From Euglena gracilis (Eukaryota), in assembly GCA_039621445.1 (NCBI GenBank), contig CP154954.1, positions 14,240,387 through 14,304,386 on the forward strand: a stretch of 64,000 nt of DNA, read 5' to 3'. Positions 54,693 through 64,000 of the stretch are shown in pieces (within the stretch, counting starts at the first letter, position 1; every line of letters begins with the position of its first letter). The translations under genes were made by a program, and so were the position numbers. The notes beneath the pieces are model-generated. The model saw only the letters and a list, made by a program, of their open reading frames with translations. It made no database searches and was not told the DNA's origin.

Positions 54693-57188
54693 GGGTCTAC
54701 CGCAAAAATGGAATCCTGCACTGGAGGTTACCTGCCGGGGGCTCCAGGGAGGCTCCAGGGAGGCTCCAGGGAGGCTCCTGGGAGGCTCCAGGGAGGCTTA
54801 GGTAACCAGCCTCCCTGGAGCCTCCTTTTTAGGGAGCCTCCAGGAGGCTCCAGGGAGGCTCCAGGGAGGCTCAGGTAACCAGCCTCCAGGGAGGCTCCCT
54901 TTTAGGGAGCCTCCAGGAGGCTCCAGGGAGGCTCCAGGGAGGCTCAGGTAACCAGCCTCCCTGGAGGCTCCAGGGAGGCTCGGGTTACCGGTTTTGTGTA
55001 CACAGGCCGACAATGGGAGAAGTCGTGGGCCGTGATGCAATCGGTGGTGTTGTAGACTCGAAATGCATGAATCAGCAGTTACTCGCCGGGGATGTGACAT
55101 GGGATATTGCAGGCACAAGAAGCGAGAAGGCACAAGAAGAAGAGACGTGAAACATCTGGACAACGTCTGCATCTTGAATAGCATTCAATCTTGTCCGGTG
55201 TCTGAATCTTGTCCAATGTCAACGTCTTGTCCAGTATTTGCATACTGTGTGGTCTCTGCACCTTGTCCAGCATGTACATCTTGTCCAACATCTGCATCTC
55301 GTCCAATATGTGCATCCACTGCATCTTGTCCAGCATATGCATCTTGTCCAGCATCCGCATCTTGTCCAGCATCTGCAACCACTGCATGTTGTCCAGCATC
55401 TGCATCTTTTCCAACATCTACAACCAATACATCATGTCTAGCATTTGCATGTTGTCCAAGGAACTACGATTGAAGCTCTGCGAACTGGTCTGCAGCAGGA
55501 ACATTTCTGGTTTTGTTGTTCTGGAGTTCTGAGATTTGCTTTTGGCTAATTTCAACATCTGCATCTTGTCCAGCATCTGCGTCCACGACATCTTGTCCAG
55601 CATCTGCATCTTGTCCAGTGTCCACATTTTGTCCAGCATCTGCATCTCGTCCAGCATCTGCAACCACTGCATCTTGTCCATCATCTGCATCTTGTCCAAC
55701 ATCTGCATTTTGTCCAGCATCTGCATCTTGTCCAGCATCTCCGTCCACTGCATTTTGTCCAGCATCTGCATCTTGTCCAGCATCTGCATCCATGACATCT
55801 TGTCCAGCATCTGCATCTTGTGCAACATTTGCATTTTGTCTAGCATCTGCATCTCATCTAGTATCTGCGTCCACGACATCTTGTCCTGCATCTGCATCTT
55901 GTCCAGCGTCTGCATTTTGTCCAGCATCTGCATCTCGTCCAGTATCTCCGTCCACTGCATTTTGTCGAGCATCTGAATCTTGTCTAGCATCTCCGTCCAC
56001 TGCATTTTGTCCAACATCTGCATCTTGTCCAGCATCTGCATCCACGACATCTTGTCCAGCATCTGCATCTTGTGCAGCGTTTGCATTTTGTCTAGCATCT
56101 GCATCTCGTCTAGGATCTACGTCCACGACATCTTGTCCTGCATCTGTATCTTGTACAGCGTCTGTATTTTGACCCAAATTAGCCCATTATTTGCCCAAAT
56201 CAATGCAAATTAGCCGAAATTAGCAAACAAAACAAAACCATTTTGCAAAAAAGCCAAGATGGGTGAAATGGGAGGCTGGGAGGCAACATAGAGCTTAATT
56301 GAAGCCAAAAATGACTTTATTTGGCCAGAATTGTACCTAATTATTTGCCGTGCAAAAAAAAGGGTCATGTGAAATCCAAAGTGGTGTTTGTTTGGCTGTG
56401 CCTGGGGGGGAGGGGGGCGGGGGGAGGGGGGAGGCGGGAGGGGGGGGCGGGGGGGAGGGGGCCTGCGGCCCCCCCCCCCCCCCCCCTCCCCCCTCCCCCC
56501 GCCCCCCTCCCCCCCGGACCACCCCTCCCCCCACCCCCTTCCCCTCTCCCCCCTACCCCCCTCCCCCCTCCCTTGCTCCCTAATAACAACATCCTTTTGT
56601 GTGGACAAAATTTGGCGGACAAAGCGTAAATAGCAAACGGGTAAACGGTGAAAGCAAATTCAGGCGGACATGGCGTCTTTGTGGCAAATGGACAAATGGT
56701 TTTCAACAAATCGGCAGACACAGCGTACGGGAAAACCGTAAAAGCAAAATCAGGCGGACATGGCGTCTTTGTGGCAAATAGATAAATGGTTTTCAATTCT
56801 TTCTGCAATTGGCGGGGCATGGCATAAATAGCAAACAAACAAACGTCATTTGTGTGTGTAAATATATAACGGATGCAAAGATGGAGGGTTGAACATGGCC
56901 TGTGTACAAAATTGGTTACCTGCCGGAGGCTCCAGGAGGCTCCAGGGAGGCTCCAGGAGGCTCCTCAGGTAACCAGCCTCCCTGGAGCCTCCTTTTTAGG
57001 GAGCCTCCAGGAGGCTCCAGGGAGGCTCCAGGGAGGCTCAGGTAACCAGCCTCCAGGGAGGCTCCTTTTTAGGGAGCCTCCAGGAGGCTCCAGGGAGGCT
57101 CCAGGGAGGCTCAGGTAACCAGCCTCCCTGGAGCCTCCCTGGAGGCTCCAGGTAACCAAAAGTGAGGATTCCAAATTTTCTGGGACCC
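54693..57188. mobile_element. 2496-bp Mutator-like (MULE) non-autonomous element
   Basis: 9-bp TSD TCAGAGGAT (54684-54692 and 57189-57197), with the empty site at ~14596-14604. Imperfect TIRs GGGTC..AAAATGGAATCCT / AGGATTCCAAATTTT..GACCC. Confidence 0.9.
55150..56170. repeat. 18/27-bp tandem repeat (GCATCTTGTCCAGCATCT) with long open frames
   Basis: Reads ASCPAS on +, and MQMLDK or DADAGQ on -. Confidence 0.95.
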
Positions 57189-58592
57189 TCAGAGGATGAC
57201 AAAAATGGAATTACAAAATGTAATGCAATGTACATAACAACCAATATCTGCCTCTCCGGAATCGCTAATATCTGTCTCTCTGTTGCATATAAATCAGGGT
57301 TTTTCTTGAAAGGCTAGGGGGGGGTCCCGGTTCCCCCCCAGCCCCCAGCCAGGGATACCAGCACAGGGGTCCACCCCCACCACTCTGGGGAGAGACAGGT
57401 CTGGGGACCCACTTTTGGGAGGTAATTTGGAGGGTAAAAAAAGTCGGTGCCTCGTGCCAAAAAATAGCCAAAACCCCGCCTCCAGCAGGGGACCCCAAGA
57501 TTCTTGTGGGTGCCCCCTAAGAGGGGGGGGGGAGGGCGCACGGGAAGACTGGTGGGAATTCCGATCTAAAAACCGGCAACCCCACTGCCAGCCCCAGTAA
57601 TATGGCCTGGCTGGGGGGTGGGGAGTCAACCACTCCGCACACCACCCATCACACATCACACATTGGGTTTTGAAGGTTCCCGAAATCCCTGGGTAAACAC
57701 TCCAACCCTGCCCCTTCCTCTCATTCTTTGTGTTTCGCATTATTTGGGTGCCTACCGGTCTGTCTATCTCAGCAACATACTTGCAACACACTTGCTATGC
57801 TGGAGCAACCAGTTCCAATGGAACAACCCCAGATTCATCCGTATCATTTCAGAGAGATTTTTGATGTGTGTATGTGAGTTGCCCTTCCAAATACCCTTCC
57901 AAAAAGAGTCGTGGTTTCTTCACATCTCACTGAGGTTGTCCATTTTTCTGGTGTTCAAGTTCAATAAAAAAAATATATAAAGAATCAGAATCAGAAATCA
58001 AAAAGAGAATGGGGTGAGTTGAGAAAGGGTGAATGAAAATGAAAATATCTGGAAAAGAGAAGCAGCACATATGAACTTGTAGCAGGAGGTGTAAACTAAA
58101 AAGAATGCGGCAAACATGGCCCACACAGTGGCTATATGGCTGTGATGTGGGAGTGAGAACATGGGAATGGCCGACACTGGAATGGCCATTAAAGGCCAAA
58201 GACTAAAGGCCAAAGCCACATTGGACACAACAGCCCTTTCCAGCAGTGGGTGGGTGGGTGGCGGGGTGCCAAACTGACTTGAAATGCCACGACGACACAT
58301 TTTTTACTGACTTGGGTGGTTGGGTGGTGTAACTCGCACATAGACTTCTTTTGGTTGGTGTGGGCAAACACACACACACACACACACACACAAACTTCTG
58401 GAATTTGATTTCTTCGACAGCACTTCCAGGACTCCGAGGACTTGGATCGATGGGGAGTACGAGTGTGACAGATCCAAGCGAATTCTCTTCTTTGGGGGCT
58501 GTCAATCCTGCTTTGACCGATTTCTTGTTTTTTTTCGAGCTGTTTTTTATTTCTGGATGGCACAAAATCCCCGGCATGCACGGCAGGCTTGG

Positions 58593-58643
<51 letters not shown>

Positions 58644-61600
58644 AACACCCGGTTTTTCTCTCCGCTTCTCCTCGGAATTTAGATAGACATTTTTGTTTTT
58701 TCCTGCCTTGGGGTCTCCAAAAAAATGGAACCCGGCCGAGGAGGTCACCTGAAGGAGGCTCCAGGAGGCTCGAGTGAGGAGCCAGGTGCCTCATATAATC
58801 TGAAAATCACACAAAATAGACACTCTGCCAATTGAGCTGCAGTAGAATTGTATTTTATTCATCAAAAAATGTAACAGAAAATTAATTGTCGCGAACGATA
58901 ATGAAAACAAATGATCCCAAAAATACGTCTTCAACACCCCCACAAATAATTTTCCCTCACGGGTTGTGGGGTAAAAACAACTTTCTTTCTGAAGGAGCAT
59001 TGGGGGGGGGTGTGGGGGTGAAATAATTTATTTTGTTATTTTGTTTGGGGATGAAAACGGGAAAAAATCTTTTTTTTTGTGCAATTCGGTTTTCATACCC
59101 ATAGTGGGATCAGGGGTGATAAACATCTTATTTAAAAATGATGGGGGGTTTAGGAGAGGGAAAGAGGGCGTGTCTGGGGTGTTTGTCAAGTTGTGTGCAG
59201 GCCGCAGGGGAAATGGTCCATAATGGGGATGTGTTTGTTCAAACAGACCACATCGTATGCCGCCCCAACCACCACCGGCATTGGTATCTTCGGGTTTGCA
59301 CGAGTCCAGCTGCCACATCCTCTGCTCTAAAGGTCAAAATGGAGACAAAGACCTCTGGTATGCGGTTAACCAAGAGCACGTCGCGCCTCACGCTCACCCG
59401 CGCCAATGGGTCGATGGTTAATCCTCAAAAGCCCTTGCCGTTCGTCCCATTGATTTCGTTTGGCCGCAGCCGTCACATTACATGATTGCAGGTTATGGCG
59501 TTCTGGCAGCTACCAGGCTGTCAACAACCACCACCGAGGCTGGTACGTTATCCTCTACGACCGGGTAATCAGAATTGGGGGGGGGACATGCTTCAGGTCC
59601 ATAGAAAACTGGCATCATCACAAGTGTAGCCACAAGAGCAACAAAAAGGTGGTGTTTTGGATACAGATATTTGAGATTTGATTTGAAACAGCACGGTGTA
59701 AAAAATGGGAAACCGGCTCCAGACCCAGGTAACCAGAAGATTATAGATGCACACTTTGAATTCTGGAACTTGTTTTTTTTGGTGAACAACCATTGTGGAT
59801 GCTGAATGATTACACGGGGAAGAAATTCCGGTCTCTGGCAGTGCATCCTGTTCGGTAGGTCACGTTCTGTGACAAAACGATTGCCTCCGCTCCATGGGCA
59901 ATGAATGTCTTATCTCCTACCTCCAATCGTTTTCATGTCGGTTTACATAAACCGTCAAAATGCTAAAAAAAAACAGAGGGACGTTTGCAACCGTTCTTCG
60001 TCGCACATTGCACACTGTTCCCATTCACAAACCTTAAACAATTTGACCAGCTGAAAACAAAAAAGGCAGCTTTTAACTTTTTATGAGGCAAAAAAAAAGA
60101 TCTTTTCCACAACTTCAGCTGAAGAGATGGATTGCGGTACACTGAACACGTGCATATTTGCATACGCCAACCATTTGTGGATCTGTGCAAAATGGTCAGT
60201 TCGTGCATTTGCACACACCGACTACCTGAATATTTTTGCCAAATGGTCGATGTTTGCATTTGCACACATCGACCACTTGTGTACTTTTTACTTGCAAAAA
60301 CACACAAATGGTCGATGTGCCCAAATTTTAACATACAATATTTTGGAGGTGTGTTTTTCATGTCACAATCATAATATACTCTAGCTCTACCCCCCTGAAA
60401 ACCCATGGTTCTAAAATGTGAATTCCCTTTTTTTTGGCTTTACCCGGGGGAGGGGCTGCCCACCCCTGGATCTCCCCTTCCCCCGACCCCTCAAATAAAA
60501 CTCAAAATGCCACTTTCAGACCCTTTTGTGCAAAGAATTTTTCCCGTTTTTTTTTTACCCAAACAGTTCCCCGATATAGAAAGCACATTTCACAGCGAAA
60601 AATGCACACAGAAACAAGGAAATTATTATTGGATTCACCCCCCCACCCCACCCCCCACCCCCACCTCTGAGTGGGGGCACCAATTTTTGCAATATACATT
60701 ATCAGTATCGAGAGGCGTGAAACAAGCAGATATTTGTTTCTCAAGATGCAGTGGTTGATTTTTGAAAAACGTTGTGAGAATTCGCACACACCGGCAAATT
60801 CCTTAAATGCAAGTTACGTCACCTAAGAAAGGCCCTGGCATTGTTACTTCGACTCTTTCCACGACGAGTCGGTCATCTTTTTTAAAAAAAGAAAACAGTC
60901 AATAATCCCCCCAGGCCCGGGGGGTTGGTCACCCTGGACCTAAATACTCTAAATCCAAATTGATCACAATCAAAAAAACACCAAAATTTTCCCGGGTCAT
61001 TTCAACGTTGTTGTTTTTTGCTGACCCCTCAAAGGGTTTGGGCCAAAAACGAATTACTCATCCATGGGGGGGCTTGTGGACACAGGGCACATTCCCACTG
61101 AATTTTCCTGGTGCTTTTTTGGGGGGTTACACAAGTTGCACAATGAGGCAGAAATGCTGCTCCAAAGCTGTTAATGTAAGGTGTACAACCTCAAATTTGG
61201 GGGGAAATAATCCATGGTCCAATCCTTTTTTGATTATGTCTCAATCAATTAGCTCAGGCAATATCTTTGGTGACAAAACTTTCTGATAACAAAGAGTTTT
61301 GACTTCGCGTTCCATTCTCAGGCTGGGAGGAAGATGCTGGGAGGTGTCAGCATATGGCACGGGGTCCATTGGCGCAGTCCCTGGATTCAATGTGATAAAA
61401 ATTTTGCAAAATAATTTTCCAAGCGAACCTGAAAAAACACATTGAACACAATGATTTCAAATTCATTTTTGAGAAAAAAAAAACAAAACAAAACTAAAAA
61501 AAGTCGCTAACCGCTTGCAGAGGAATGGTGCACACAAAAAACTTAAGAAATGAAAAAAAGAACTTTTTCCTGTGCGTTGGGCTGGTGGGTGGGTGGGTGG

Positions 61601-63442
61601 CAATAAAACCGCTTTACAAACATGGTTCACATTCTTTTGTCTGGTTTGCCAAGACTCCTCTGAAAAGAAAACGAAGGATTCTCTTCGCATTAAACCAGGG
61701 ACCTTTGAAAGAATAGGGATCATGAACGAAGGAATGGCTTGCAATTGGTAGAGGCGTGGCATGTGCACCAAGGGCATGGGTAGAAGGCGGAGACTGGCTA
61801 TCACTGGCAAGCCGCTTCACTGTCCGTCCTGCTGAGTGGAATGGCACCAAACTTGCAAACGGACCAACTACAACTGCTCAAACAAAACGAATGAACGAAC
61901 AATGCCACTGGAGTAGTGTATGCAAGGATTTTCTTAAGCCGGATGGGCCCTGCCCTCGGGGGGGTCCAGCCAGCCATCCAGCAGCCAGCCCTCCCAGGTG
62001 GGCTGTGGACCCCACAGGGGGCCACCGACCACCCAGTGAAGCCAGGCGTACCAACATTTTTGAAAAAAGGGTGAAAAATAGCCCACAAAATCCCAAAATG
62101 GCATTTTTTTTGCGGGTTTGGGGTTTTCGGCTGCAAATTTTAGTGAAAAAAAATGCCAACCCAGTTGTATTTGGGCTGCTTTTGGGGTACCAGTTGCTGG
62201 GGCTGGACCCCATTGAATTTCCCCCTCCAGGGGAACAAACCAGCACCTCATTTCCCAGTTGTCCAGAGGACCCCAGGGGAAGGTCCGTAAATCCTGAAGC
62301 TATGACTGACAACCGCAGGCAAAATACATGCCCCGAATGCTAAATTTGTCTTGCCAACCTTGCAACAAAATGGACAGTGACAGCAGCTCAAGTCCTTCCC
62401 ACCGCCGGTAACAACAGCCACCCCCCCTTCATATGACCAATGTTTTGCAATCAACGACCAGGGGTGGGTTGAACGACATGGGGGAGACCTGGGGGGGGGG
62501 GATGAGGCGCAAGTGTTGAATATACCTCTGTCAACGGAACACACGATAGAATTGAAACTATGAAAAACCAAACACACCCATCTCAGTGTGGTTTTTCCAC
62601 CCATCGTTGAAAATATAAAGATATTGAACAAAATGACACAAAGAGCAAACAATGGTTGTGGGGCAGCAAGGAAAAAAAACCTTTAATTTAGGGCTGCCTA
62701 AGAACACCTTTGAATTTCCAATGAAAATATATGAATATTTATGCGAGCACGCACACACATAGAGAGAGAGAGAGAGAGGGAGGGAATTTTTCGAATAAGA
62801 GACACAATCATTGTGGGATAAATCATTTAGTGAGGGTATATATATTCTGCGTGGTACAGACTGTCCAAAACGAGCTCACAGGAATTGAAAAAAGAGAGGA
62901 GGGAGAGAGAGGGAGAGGGTCATGGGGTGAAGCCTCTTACCTCCCTGGTGAGTTCAAAGCTCCCCATAAATTGCCTTGCAAGTGACCCTTTGCAACATTT
63001 TGGGTGAAGGTGGTCGGGCTGATGGGCGAACCAAGACCCCAGCAGCGGCGATGGCGGCCATGGACAAAAACATGCCAAAGGCGTGACCACCTTCATGACA
63101 AAAGAGAGAGTGTGCAGCCACCAACGCCCACTTCCGGGGCTGGACACTGGGGCAGTGGCCGCCTTGCTCAGGGGAACGCAGGGACTGGCATGGGCGCGCA
63201 CAGTTTCCCATGCCAGTCCAATGCCTAATCAAAGCAGTAATCAGCACCACCAGGCCCAGAGGGCACGGCTGCAGTTGGGGGCAGCGAGTCTGCATCAAAA
63301 TGGCACGATGGACAGCACCTGGCCAGAGAGGCACTATCTGGCACACTGTACTGTGCTGGCCATCGGCACCCCAGCCCCACCCGCAACAAGCACCACCGCG
63401 GCAAGAGCAGCATCATCGAAAGGCAGCAGCCCACATCACTGA

Positions 63443-63800
63443 AGACTGAAGGATGTATATACAATGCCATACAAAATGGGAGCGGGTGGTGCACACCACC
63501 ATCCACAACCGCGAGGAGGAGTACCCCGACCACATCGTCCGCTGCCCCCTGGCCACCGACGCCGAGCAGCTCCCACCGAGCAGCTGGGCGGGGTCATCAT
63601 GGGCCGCCTGGAGTTCGCCCGGATGGCCTGCAGCCACATGGGGTATTTTAAGCAGTCCGTGGCCAACGTTCTCCGTAATGCGATCTGGCGGCGGGGGTAT
63701 TCACGCCGCCTTGTGCAGTCCGTGTGGAGCTGCTTCCTCTTTTAGCGATGGAACGTCACCGAGATCGTGAGCTTCGCAGCTGGTTCTCCAAGGAAATGGC
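63443..63800 (+). pseudogene. Penelope-like element RT thumb remnant, copy 2 (longer)
   Basis: HTTIHNREEEYPDHIVRCP / PTEQLGGVIMGRLEFARMACSHMGYFKQSVANVLRNAIWRRGYSRRLVQSVWSCFLF*RW / RELRSWF. Confidence 0.72.
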
Positions 63801-64000
63801 CCCAATCGCACGCCCCCAGCTCCATGGACCACAGCCCTCCCCATGACCTCTCCCGTGGAGCTTTCCTCACTGTCTTCAGCCACCTGACACCCTTTCCTGG
63901 GGGCATCGACGACCTGCTGGTCGAGATGACACCGCCGCCTTGCCCCACCGCGGCCTCCCATACCCGAGTCCTGGACACGGTGATCATCGTCCGGGAGTCA

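Larger units (their letters stand above)
49915..63725. repeat. Segmental duplication, copy 2
   Basis: Colinear with 9485-20778. Confidence 0.95.

Overview
The window is repeat-dominated eukaryotic DNA, with long homopolymer C/G runs, microsatellites and nested MITEs. I find no intact protein-coding gene, RNA gene or CRISPR array, and nearly all listed ORFs are chance frames in duplicated or low-complexity DNA. Architecture: (i) a ~5.4-kb tandem unit occurs in two clusters (~700-10000 and ~40400-50430); it carries frameshifted non-LTR RT-like and RNase H-like motifs and looks like a diverged dimer; (ii) a segmental duplication 9485-20778 / 49915-63725 shows filled versus empty insertion sites; (iii) a mostly single-copy middle (~20800-40400) holds decayed retroelements and nested non-autonomous DNA transposons. 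Best-supported highlights are a CRE/SLACS-like retrotransposon remnant with a T2A-like StopGo peptide (GRGSLMTCGDIEPNPGP), a Penelope-like RT thumb remnant, a 2.5-kb Mutator-like element with a 9-bp TSD carrying an 18-bp coding-like repeat, a three-level MITE nest, a GCGAAGC mini-hairpin shared by different MITE families, and templated-insertion scars. Protein-family calls come from reading motifs by eye, not from database searches.
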